A DNA stretch of 32,090 bases, from contig JBEBGT010000002.1 in the NCBI GenBank assembly GCA_040081365.1, forward strand, positions 1 through 32,090, written 5' to 3'. Both the position numbers and the translations under genes were made by a program. The first letter of the stretch is position 1. Every line of letters begins with the position of its first letter. Of the stretch, positions 6,123-13,974 are shown one piece after another. This DNA is from Candidatus Eiseniibacteriota bacterium. Lineage in GTDB: Bacteria > Eisenbacteria > RBG-16-71-46. The notes beneath the pieces were generated by a model that saw only the letters and a list, made by a program, of their open reading frames with translations, was not told the origin of the DNA and made no database searches.

Positions 6123-8945
6123 ATGCGGTATGGAGCGATGCAGATGGAGCTTCGCCAGACGCTCGTGATGGCCGCACTGATACTCATGCCGACCTGCGGG
6201 GCGACGGCCGAGCCGAGCCTGCGCTACATGCAGCCACGTACGATGGCGCCGCTGGCGGACTCCGCGAAGGATCGATTCGGCGAAGCAGCGCTCGATCCGT
6301 CATTGGAGCCTTGGCAGCGCGACATCCTCCAGCGGCTGGCTATGGGAGAACGGCCCGAGGCCTTCTGGCGCGCGGTCGGACCGCAGCAGTCAAGTCCTTC
6401 CGCCACGGGCGAAGGTGCCGAGACCTGGGTGCCGATTCCGGGGCCCGCGAGGACCGAACACAGTACGATCTACGACCCCGTGCGGAACCGGTTGATCGTA
6501 TTCGGGGGATTTACCGATACGAACCCCGTGTGCAATGACCTGTGGACGCTCAATCTGTCTGGCGAACCAGTGTGGACCGAGTTGCATCCCACAGGCCCCG
6601 TGCCTCCCGGCCGCTATGAGCACACCGCAATCTACGATCCGGTTCGAGATCGGATGATCGTGTTCGGCGGTGTTGAAGACCTTCCCTGTCAGCCCGGGCC
6701 AGGGACCTGTTTCGCACTCGCCAACGACACTTGGGCCTTGTCGCTGACAGAACTGCGTTGGACTGATTTGAGCTCCGCAAGCCCCGCTCCGACCAAGCGG
6801 ATGGCGCACACCGCCATTTACGACTCCGCACGCGATCGGATGGTCGTCTTCGGCGGGATGGCTTCCAGGGGGCGAGCGCTCAACGATGGTTGGAGTCTCA
6901 ATCTCTCGGGAACACCGGAATGGTCACTCATGATGGGCGCAGCCCCATTCCCCGGACGCAACGCGCACTCCGCGGTCTACGACAGCCGCAGGGGAAGCAT
7001 GGTGATATTCGGCGGTGTGGACTCCCGCGGACCGTGCGCAGATTCCTGGTCGCTGTCGTTCTCGGCGCTGACTTGGACTGCGATCATCCCCGCGGACACT
7101 ACTCATCCGCGTGAGCACTACCATCACTCGGCGATCTACGATCCTGTGAAGGACCGGATGCTCGTCTTCGGCGGCACGGATTGGTATCCTCCGCAGAACT
7201 ACAGGTCGCCGACAAAGGAGCAGTGGGAGTTGTCGCTGAGCTCGAACGTCTGGTCGCGGATCGACGCAGTCGGGGCGCCGCCTGGACGGATCCTGCACAC
7301 CGCGGCTTACGATCCCGTCGGTCGCCGGATGATCGTTTTCGGCGGCTCCGTCGACGACTACTGGAGGGACGGTCCGCGCCGCGGTGATACGTGGGCCTAT
7401 CACCTCGACGCGGGCACATGGTCGCAGGTCATCCCGACGAGCCGACCGCCCGAGGGCCGTGCCGGGCACGCGGCCATCTACGACCCCGTACGCCAGCGCA
7501 TGATCATCCACGGTGGCTACAACTCGAGCTGCGAGTGCTTCTTCGACGATACGTGGCAGCTCTCGCTCGGTCGGGCTCCGGTGTGGTCGCCGCTGGCAAC
7601 CGTGGGCCCGGGACCGGTCGCGCGGGCGGGTCATGTCGCGGTCTATGACCCGGCGGGTGATCGCATGATCATCTTCGGTGGCGAAGAGAAGTGCGAGGAC
7701 GGTGAGTACTGTAGTCGGCCGGGCAACGATGCCTGGGCACTGTTACTCGGCACGGCGACCCCGATGTGGTCGCCGTTGTCGCCGGCTGGCGAGCCGCCGT
7801 CCGTCCGCTCGGGGGCAACCGCCGTGTATGACCCCGTCGGCCAGCGCATGGTCGTTTACGGTGGCTTCGACTTCTACACGATCGCATCCGACGTGTGGGC
7901 GCTCGAGCTGTCGGGCTCACCGACATGGACGCCGCTCACGCCCGCGGGGGTGTGGCCGGGAGCTCGCGTGGGGCACAGTGCGATCTACGAGCCGGACGGC
8001 CGGCAGATGGTGGTGTTCGGTGGCTTCGGCGCTGGCAACGAGACGCTGGCGCTCGAGCTGGCCGCGACGCCGGTCTGGCGGGTGCTGGTGCCCGGCTCGG
8101 CGGGCGACCCCGGGCCGCCGCCGCCGCGCGCGGATCACTCGGCGGTCTACGACCCCATCGAGGGCCGCATGCTGCTCCATGGCTACGACGGCTACACGGG
8201 TGAGAACAACGACACGTGGGCGCTCACGTTCGGGCCCGGGCCGGCGTGGTCGCGCGTGGCGCTTTCCAACTCGCCGCCGTACGGCCGCGTGGACCATGCC
8301 GCGGTGTACGACCCCGTGTGGCGCCGGATGGTGGTGCATGCCGGCGACCGCGGCTATCTGTACGACACTTGGGCACTGCAGTCGGACGTCGGCATCCCGA
8401 CGCCGGTGGCGCTGGCGTTGGTGAGCGCAATCGTGAAGGACGTCGGTGTCGAGCTGGAGTGGTTCTCAGCTGACGCGCAGGCGCTCGAGGCCACACTCTA
8501 CCGGCGCACGGACGAGTCGGAGTGGCGAGCGCTGTCGAGCGTGTCGGCGGATGGCAGCGGGCACGTGCGCTTCGTGGATCGTGCGCCATGCGCGGGTGAA
8601 AGAGCCTGCTACCGGCTGGGCTACATCGAGCAGGGTGTCGAGCGGTTCAGTGCCGAGACGTGGGTGGAATTGCCCGCCCGCATGCTGGCGCTGGCCGGGC
8701 TGAGTCCGAACCCCGCCATGGGCGACCTGGTCGCGTCGTTCTCGTTAACGAGTGCGGCGCCGGCCCGGTTGTCATTGCTCGACGTGACGGGTCGCGCGGT
8801 GGCAGTGCGGGAGGTCGGGTCACTCGGCCCCGGGCGGCACACCGTCGCGCTCGGCCGCTCGAGTGGCGTCCCGGCCGGGGTCTACTGGTTGCGCCTGGCG
8901 CAGGGCGGGCGATCGTTGAGCGTGCGCGGGGTGGTGATGCGGTGA
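6123..8945 (+). CDS. Secreted Kelch-repeat protein (12 blades) with an Ig-like domain and a FlgD-Ig-like C-terminal domain
   Basis: There are twelve units of the form H[ST]A[IV]YDPxxxRM[IV]VFGG ... W between about nt 6450 and 8390. A signal-peptide-like segment (LVMAALILMPTCGATAEP) follows the ATGs at 6123, 6138 and 6144. The track ORF start at 6030 is a TTG with a non-signal-like leader. The C-terminal domain (nt 8681-8945) reads SPNPAMGDLVASFSL...LSLLDVTGRAVAV...GVYWLRLAQGG. Confidence 0.85.
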   Translation: MRYGAMQMELRQTLVMAALILMPTCGATAEPSLRYMQPRTMAPLADSAKDRFGEAALDPSLEPWQRDILQRLAMGERPEAFWRAVGPQQSSPSATGEGAETWVPIPGPARTEHSTIYDPVRNRLIVFGGFTDTNPVCNDLWTLNLSGEPVWTELHPTGPVPPGRYEHTAIYDPVRDRMIVFGGVEDLPCQPGPGTCFALANDTWALSLTELRWTDLSSASPAPTKRMAHTAIYDSARDRMVVFGGMASRGRALNDGWSLNLSGTPEWSLMMGAAPFPGRNAHSAVYDSRRGSMVIFGGVDSRGPCADSWSLSFSALTWTAIIPADTTHPREHYHHSAIYDPVKDRMLVFGGTDWYPPQNYRSPTKEQWELSLSSNVWSRIDAVGAPPGRILHTAAYDPVGRRMIVFGGSVDDYWRDGPRRGDTWAYHLDAGTWSQVIPTSRPPEGRAGHAAIYDPVRQRMIIHGGYNSSCECFFDDTWQLSLGRAPVWSPLATVGPGPVARAGHVAVYDPAGDRMIIFGGEEKCEDGEYCSRPGNDAWALLLGTATPMWSPLSPAGEPPSVRSGATAVYDPVGQRMVVYGGFDFYTIASDVWALELSGSPTWTPLTPAGVWPGARVGHSAIYEPDGRQMVVFGGFGAGNETLALELAATPVWRVLVPGSAGDPGPPPPRADHSAVYDPIEGRMLLHGYDGYTGENNDTWALTFGPGPAWSRVALSNSPPYGRVDHAAVYDPVWRRMVVHAGDRGYLYDTWALQSDVGIPTPVALALVSAIVKDVGVELEWFSADAQALEATLYRRTDESEWRALSSVSADGSGHVRFVDRAPCAGERACYRLGYIEQGVERFSAETWVELPARMLALAGLSPNPAMGDLVASFSLTSAAPARLSLLDVTGRAVAVREVGSLGPGRHTVALGRSSGVPAGVYWLRLAQGGRSLSVRGVVMR

Positions 8946-8971
8946 GGTCCGACAGGAGGCGCTCACGGTAG

Positions 8972-9004
8972 GGCCTGCGCCTGCTGCGCGGCCGGCGTTT
9001 GTAA
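8972..9004 (+). pseudogene. Relic of the last ~10 codons of a P1B ATPase gene
   Basis: ggc ctg cgc ctg ctg cgc ggc cgg cgt ttg taa translates as GLRLLRGRRL*. The intact ATPase ends GLRLLRGRR*. Similarity is lost upstream of 8972. Confidence 0.5.
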
Positions 9005-9105
9005 CGCTCAGCGCAGCGCGGTCACCACGATGTTGTCGTAGTACACCGTGCACTGCGCGGCGCCGCCGGTGTAGGCGGGCAGCGCGATCGCGCCGGTGAG
9101 TCGCG
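8972..9105. repeat. Direct repeat copy B of the ATPase-3'/DUF1080-3' convergent junction
   Basis: See copy A. This copy contains an 11-codon relic of the ATPase C-terminus followed by the true 3' end of the intact DUF1080 gene. Confidence 0.8.
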
Positions 9106-9676
9106 CGTTCTTCACTTCGGGGCGGTCCAGCTTGAGCTCGCCGTTCACGAACACGCGGAAGCGAGTGCCGCGTGCTTCCACGCGCACGTGGTTCCACGCG
9201 CCGTTCGCGTTGGTGGCCGAGGCGCGCCCGAGCGGCCATTCGCGGTGGTACATGAGCACGTCCTGGTAGCTGCCGCCGCGCAGGTCCACGCCGATGCCGG
9301 TGTCCTCGTGCACGCGCACCACCACGCCCTTGTCAACGCCGCGCATCATGCACACGTCCACGTCCACGGCGACGTCGGTCCACGACGTGTCGCCCGCGTA
9401 GATCAGCGAGCGCAGCTGCTTCTCGTCGGGTAGATCGGCGCGCAGCATGCCGCGCACCACGCTCCACACGCCGTCGCGGTCCGGCCGCCAGCGCTCGAGC
9501 TTGCCGCTCGAGAAGTCTTCGGCGAACAGCACGCCGGTCGCCGGCTTGTTGAAGCGCGGCGGAGTGCTGGGCAGCGCACGGCGCGTCTCATCCGGTGCGG
9601 CCCCGAGCAACAGGAGCGTCGCGCCGGCGAAGAGCGCGCTGCGGACGATTCGGGCATCCATACGGCTGCGGACCAT
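9008..9676 (-). CDS. Secreted DUF1080 / LamG-like (3-keto-disaccharide-hydrolase-fold) protein
   Basis: I chose the start at ATG 9676 (MVRSRMDARIVRSALFAGATLLLLGAAPDE, signal-peptide-like); ATG 9661 is also possible. The body (WRPDRDGVWSVVRGMLRA ... WNHVRVEARGTRFRVFVNGELK ... TVYYDNIVV) resembles jelly-roll DUF1080 proteins. The family call comes from memory of the pattern, not a search. Confidence 0.7.
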   Translation of the reverse strand: MVRSRMDARIVRSALFAGATLLLLGAAPDETRRALPSTPPRFNKPATGVLFAEDFSSGKLERWRPDRDGVWSVVRGMLRADLPDEKQLRSLIYAGDTSWTDVAVDVDVCMMRGVDKGVVVRVHEDTGIGVDLRGGSYQDVLMYHREWPLGRASATNANGAWNHVRVEARGTRFRVFVNGELKLDRPEVKNARLTGAIALPAYTGGAAQCTVYYDNIVVTALR

Positions 9677-9829
9677 GGCACCCTCCGGGAACGGAGTCCA
9701 CCCGGACCCCGGTCCACCGGGAGTATCGGCGCTCGGACACCCGAGCACGAGGGGGGCGGGGCCCGCCGGGAACGCCGCTTTTCTGCCAAGCGCGGATGGT
9801 CCGCACGCCGCCACCGGCGCACCGGATGG

Positions 9830-9851
9830 GCGGGCGGCCCGAGCCGCCCGC
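9830..9851 (-). terminator. GC-rich stem-loop 8 nt downstream of the barrel-gene stop (candidate operon terminator, no U-tract)
   Basis: gcgggcggc (9830-9838), ccga loop, gccgcccgc (9843-9851): a perfect 9-bp stem. No T/U run follows on the transcribed strand, so it is not a canonical intrinsic terminator. Confidence 0.3.
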
Positions 9852-9859
9852 GGCCAGCC

Positions 9860-12031
9860 CTACAGCCGCACGCTCACGCCCGCCTGCAACTGGCGCGTGG
9901 TGCCGGTCTGGCCCTTCTGCTGTTCCCAGCCACCGTTCACGTACCAACGGCCACCGACCGCCAGATCGAGGTCGATACCCTGCCAGCGCTCGGTCTCCTC
10001 GAACCCCGTGGCACGGTCGCGCGTGCGGCGCGTGCCCGCGTTGAACTCGAAGTGCGACTGGCCGAGCGGATCGAACCCGGCGCCGAACGACGACAGCGCA
10101 CTTTCGGTGCCCGGGCTCGTGAACGCCGAGATGCGCGTGCGCACGCTGCACTGCCAGCGCGTCAGCCGGTACACCTCACCGCTCACCGACCAGGTGTCGG
10201 AGTGATCGCCACCTGAACCGGTGCGGTACTCGGCGCTGCTGCGGATGTGCTGCTTCAACTCGAGCGTGGTGCCGCCCCAGGCGCCCTGGCGGTAGCGATC
10301 GTCGAAGTCGGTCTCGGGCGTCTCGCGGTCGCGCCACAACCGCACGCTGCGGCGATTGTCGTAGCCCGACTGCAGCGCGAGCTGGGGCGTGATCGGCACG
10401 CGCATGGTCGCGAACGTGCTGGTCCACGCCAGCATGGGCTCGCCCATGTCGCGCTTCCAGCCCGTGTTGAGGTCGAGCTCCTGCGCCACCGACGCGCTCG
10501 CGCCCTTCGCGAACCACCAGCCCTGCGCGAATGCGAAGTCGCGGTTCACCGCGGCACCCCGGCGCGAGGTCACGCCGCCCACCGACACCGACCAGCGCTG
10601 TGCGGCGAGCGGCTTCTGGTGCCACTCCGCGAATGCGCCGCCTTCCACCAGATCACCCGACCAACCGAAGCGCAGCGGCTCGGGCTGCGTCCCCGCGAAC
10701 GCTCCATAGGTGTGGCGCTGATCGCCCACTTCGAGCAGGGCGCCGTCGAACAGGCTGATCGACGCCAGCGTGGGTGACGACTGCCGGCCGAGCGTGAAGC
10801 GCCGCCGGTCGTTCTTGTCGCGGAACGTGGTGGAGGCGCGATACACGCGCGAGAACTGGTCGACCACGGTGCCGGCATCGCCCGTGCGCACGGTGCGGCG
10901 CGCGCGCACGTCGATCGAGGCGTCCATGTGGCCGCCCATGCCGTCGCGTGCATCGGCACGCAGGTCGAGCGCGGGCTGCTGGTAGCGGCTGCCGGTGGAC
11001 TCCACGCTCAGCCAGCGGCCACCGAGACGGCCGCGCAGGCGCGAGCTGCGACGCGCGGCGCGACCCTTGGGCGGCGTGAGTACGGCGGCCACGCGGATCG
11101 AGTCGCCGCGCGCACTGGCCGTGCGCAGGCTATCCTCGGTGGCGGCCTGCCGGCGAAAGTCGCTGCGATAGCGCGCCACATCGCCCAGCGCGATGGCGGC
11201 GCGCGTCCACAGCGTGTCGCACGACGCACGCTTCGACGACACGAACGTCACCCGCAACCGTGCGATCGTCTGCCCGTCGCGCAGTACCTCGACCGTGTCA
11301 CCCGCGGTGAGGCCGTCCATCTGGCCGGCGTCGACGTAGGCGCTGGCACCCGCCAGGTAGCTGATGCGCGATGTGCGCAGCGTCGCGCCACCACTCGTCG
11401 CGTTCGCGCGCGGAGCGGCACTGGCCGCGGCCGGTGATGATGCCGGCTTCGAGGTGGCCGGCGCGGGCTCCGGGTTCGTGCGCACGACTGGCGCCGCCGG
11501 CCTGGCCGCCACCGGCAACGGCGCGGGGGCGACCGCCGTGGGCACGCTCGGCGTGCGGGCCGGGCGGGTCGCGGCGGCCGAGGTTTCGCTCGGCACCGCG
11601 CCGGGGGCCTTCGTCTGCACGACGGCCGCAGGGGTACGCACCGGCGGCGTCACCGTGGCTGGAACGGGCGCCGGAGTCGTCGCGATCGGCTTCGCGGCGA
11701 CCGGAACGGTGGGTGCGGGAGAGGCGGGCGCCGCCGGCGGCACCGGCTTCACGCCCGCCGTCGATGCGTTCGTCGCGGAGCTGTCCGCCACCACCGCGGG
11801 TACGGGGCCGGCGGTCTTCGGCTTCACGTTCGTGCTCGACCACACGACATTGGCGGGTGCAGCGGGCTTGGCCTTGGTGCTGTCCGGCTTCGCGGCCGGC
11901 TTCTTGAACTGCGCGCTCGACCACACCACGGTCGCGGCCGGGGCGGTGCCGAACGACACGGTGAGCAATGCCGCCGTGATCAGGGCGGTGAGGGCTGGTG
12001 CGAGTGCGGGTCGGTCCATGGCGCGCCTCAT
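9860..12031 (-). CDS. Putative outer-membrane beta-barrel protein with a long N-terminal Pro/Ala-rich linker
   Basis: ATG 12031 overlaps the upstream cytochrome stop (ATGA, 12028-12031). Signal peptide: MRRAMDRPALAPALTALITAALLTVSFGTAPAA. A Pro/Ala/Thr/Val-rich region of ~185 aa lies at nt 11356-11914. It is followed by a small beta-rich domain and then ~440 aa of alternating hydrophobic/polar strand-like segments rich in G, R, W and Y (e.g. RWSVSVGGVTS, FAFAQGWWFAK, RWYVNGGWEQQ). The protein ends GVSVRL, not a classical C-terminal Phe. The longer track ORF (to 12946) is a frame-shadow of the cytochrome gene. Confidence 0.72.
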   Translation of the reverse strand: MRRAMDRPALAPALTALITAALLTVSFGTAPAATVVWSSAQFKKPAAKPDSTKAKPAAPANVVWSSTNVKPKTAGPVPAVVADSSATNASTAGVKPVPPAAPASPAPTVPVAAKPIATTPAPVPATVTPPVRTPAAVVQTKAPGAVPSETSAAATRPARTPSVPTAVAPAPLPVAARPAAPVVRTNPEPAPATSKPASSPAAASAAPRANATSGGATLRTSRISYLAGASAYVDAGQMDGLTAGDTVEVLRDGQTIARLRVTFVSSKRASCDTLWTRAAIALGDVARYRSDFRRQAATEDSLRTASARGDSIRVAAVLTPPKGRAARRSSRLRGRLGGRWLSVESTGSRYQQPALDLRADARDGMGGHMDASIDVRARRTVRTGDAGTVVDQFSRVYRASTTFRDKNDRRRFTLGRQSSPTLASISLFDGALLEVGDQRHTYGAFAGTQPEPLRFGWSGDLVEGGAFAEWHQKPLAAQRWSVSVGGVTSRRGAAVNRDFAFAQGWWFAKGASASVAQELDLNTGWKRDMGEPMLAWTSTFATMRVPITPQLALQSGYDNRRSVRLWRDRETPETDFDDRYRQGAWGGTTLELKQHIRSSAEYRTGSGGDHSDTWSVSGEVYRLTRWQCSVRTRISAFTSPGTESALSSFGAGFDPLGQSHFEFNAGTRRTRDRATGFEETERWQGIDLDLAVGGRWYVNGGWEQQKGQTGTTRQLQAGVSVRL

Positions 12032-13971
12032 CGGGTATGACACGAATAACAGGCCGTGCTCGTGTAGCTGTAGCCGCTGCGGCCCCGGTGGTGTCCGTCG
12101 GTCACGGCCTTGTCCGAATGCGGGTGACAGCTGAGGCAGTTGAATGTCGCGAAGTTCGTGGGCGAGCTGTGGCAGTCGGTGCACGAGTTCCACCGCCCGG
12201 CGTGACCGCGCGAGTAGATGCGGAAGTACTGCGTGTCGTGATTGAACGTCGCGCCGCTCCATCGGGTGGTGTTGTGGCAGCTTGCACACGCGGTCGCCGT
12301 GAATCCCGCAGCCGGGTGGTTCGGTACCGCGGTGCTGTAGTCGGTCATGTGGCACGACTGGCAGGTGGTGGGCTTGCCCTTGTAGATGCCATCGGCGTGA
12401 CAGCTCTGGCAGGTGGTGGCGATGTGCGCGCCGGTGAGCGGGAACAGCGTCGTGCTGTGGTTGAACGCGCCCCCGACCCAGGTGGTGGTGCCGTGGCAGC
12501 TCGCACACGACGCACTCGGGAATGCCGCGGGGGTGTGCGTGGGTACCGCCGTGGAGTAGTCCGTCGCGTGGCACGCGAAGCACGCCATGGGTTTGCCCTT
12601 GTAAACGCCGTCCCCGTGGCAGTCGGTGCACAGCGTGGTGCGATGCGCGCCGGTGAGCGCGAACGCGGTGGTGTTGTGATCGAACACCGCGCCCGCCCAA
12701 GTGGTGGTGTTGTGGCAGCTCGCGCATGCGCTGCTCGGGAACCCGGTGGGGCTGTGGGTCGGGATCGCGCCGGTATAGTCGGCCTGGTGGCAGCTGATGC
12801 ACGTGCCGGACTTGCCATTGTAGACGCCGTCGGAATGACAGCTCTGGCAGGTCGTCGTGCGGTGTGCGCCCGTGAGCGGGAAACTCGTGGCGTTGTGGTC
12901 GAACGTGGCACCCACGAAGGACGTCGTGTTGTGGCAGCTCGTGCACGATGCGGCCGCGAAGCCCGATGCCAGATGGGGCGGCTGCGCGCGGTCATAGTCG
13001 ACCTGGTGGCAGGCGATGCATGCCGTCGGCTTGCCGTTGAACACGCCGTCGGAGTGACAGCTCTGGCACGTCGTGCTGCGGTGCGCACCGGTGAGCGGGA
13101 ATGACGTCGTACTGTGGTCGAACGCCGACCCGGCCCAGCCCGTGGTGTTGTGACACGTCGCGCAGGCGCTGGCCGCGAAGCCCGACGCGGCGTGCGGGGG
13201 CTGGGCGCGGTTGTAGTCCAACTGGTGGCACGACGCGCAGTCCTTGGGCGTGCCCCGGTAGCGGCCGCCGGTGTGGCAGCTCTCGCACGATGTGGTGACG
13301 TGCGTGCCGGTGAGCGGGAAGCCCGAGCGCTGGTGGTCGAACTTGGCGTTCTCCCACGTGCCCGCCGCGTGGCAGGCCTGGCAATCGGTGGGGAAGCCGC
13401 CGCCGGCGTGGTCGGGATTCTTCGCGTTCCGATACTCGTCCATGTGACACGAGCGGCATTCGGCTTGTGTGTTCACGAACTGCAGCTGGCCCTGCGAGCT
13501 GGGCTTGTGGCAGCCCTCGCAGTCGAGCGCGGCGTGCCCGCCCGTGAGCGGGAAGCGCGTGAGCTGATGGGCGCGCACCATGGGGCCGCGGTCCACGAAG
13601 CTGCGCGCCGAATGGCAGCGCGAGCAGTCGGTGCCCATCTCACCACGGTGCGGATCCTGATGGCACGAGGCGCACTGCGTCTGCGACGCCGCGAAGTCGA
13701 GCGACGTGTGGCAGCCCAGGCACGACGCGGCGGCGTGCGCGCCGTCCAGGCGGAAGCCGAACTTGCCGTGGTCGAACTTGCTGCTGATCTTCGCCGGCTT
13801 CCAGCCATCGGAGCCGTGGCAGAGTTCACACGCCTCGCGGTACTTGCCGTGCGGGTTCTCGACGCGCGGGCGCGCTGCAGCCCACGCGCTACCCAGCGCG
13901 ATCAGCGGCAGCACGACCAGGGCGATGGCGAGCAGCCATCGGGTCGGGCGCGGGTCAAGGTCGGGCAGCAT
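12028..13971 (-). CDS. Multihaem c-type cytochrome, 25 CxxCH motifs in 647 aa
   Basis: I counted 25 CxxCH motifs in the translation. The N-terminal signal/anchor is RWLLAIALVVLPLIALGSAWAAA. c7/c3-like context motifs recur (F[DN]H...FPLTGAH...CxxCH). A GGAGG Shine-Dalgarno sequence lies 7 nt upstream of ATG 13971, inside the end of the upstream gene. Confidence 0.95.
   Translation of the reverse strand: MLPDLDPRPTRWLLAIALVVLPLIALGSAWAAARPRVENPHGKYREACELCHGSDGWKPAKISSKFDHGKFGFRLDGAHAAASCLGCHTSLDFAASQTQCASCHQDPHRGEMGTDCSRCHSARSFVDRGPMVRAHQLTRFPLTGGHAALDCEGCHKPSSQGQLQFVNTQAECRSCHMDEYRNAKNPDHAGGGFPTDCQACHAAGTWENAKFDHQRSGFPLTGTHVTTSCESCHTGGRYRGTPKDCASCHQLDYNRAQPPHAASGFAASACATCHNTTGWAGSAFDHSTTSFPLTGAHRSTTCQSCHSDGVFNGKPTACIACHQVDYDRAQPPHLASGFAAASCTSCHNTTSFVGATFDHNATSFPLTGAHRTTTCQSCHSDGVYNGKSGTCISCHQADYTGAIPTHSPTGFPSSACASCHNTTTWAGAVFDHNTTAFALTGAHRTTLCTDCHGDGVYKGKPMACFACHATDYSTAVPTHTPAAFPSASCASCHGTTTWVGGAFNHSTTLFPLTGAHIATTCQSCHADGIYKGKPTTCQSCHMTDYSTAVPNHPAAGFTATACASCHNTTRWSGATFNHDTQYFRIYSRGHAGRWNSCTDCHSSPTNFATFNCLSCHPHSDKAVTDGHHRGRSGYSYTSTACYSCHTR
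12289..13383 (-). repeat. Five exact-period (73 aa / 219 nt) tandem trihaem modules inside the 25-haem cytochrome, plus a partial sixth
   Basis: The first Cys of each module falls at residues 197, 270, 343, 416, 489 and 562, a constant 73-residue spacing. Module consensus: CxxCHNTTxWxGAxFDHxxTxFPLTGAHxxTxCQSCHxDGVYxGKPxxCxxCHxxDYxxAxPxHxxxGFxxxx. Confidence 0.9.
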
Positions 13972-13974
13972 GGG

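Noticed and set aside
2953-8971. The repeat-flanked block as a transposon, integron cassette or integrative element
   Set aside because: I found no transposase, integrase or recombinase gene, no terminal inverted repeats and no tRNA target. The flanking repeats are copies of host-gene ends, so homologous recombination explains the structure better.
9677-9814. 5' extensions of several track ORFs: 9008-9814, 18679-18762, 21767-21877, 25978-26484, 26912-27076, 29709-29795, 29834-29860, 31293-31583, 6030-6122
   Set aside because: In each case an internal ATG or GTG immediately precedes a signal peptide or the start of family homology. Often it also abuts or overlaps the upstream stop. The extensions are compositionally shadow-like.
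12032-12946. N-terminal 305 aa of the 1028 aa track ORF 9860-12946(-)
   Set aside because: This part is an out-of-frame read through the 25-haem cytochrome gene (His/Arg/Pro-rich). The real barrel gene starts at ATG 12031, which overlaps the cytochrome stop and is followed by a signal peptide.
12289-13383. 219-nt periodic repeats as a possible CRISPR array or non-coding satellite
   Set aside because: The periodicity lies inside an intact reading frame with conserved CxxCH codons. There are no short identical repeats separated by unique spacers. It is protein-domain tandem duplication.
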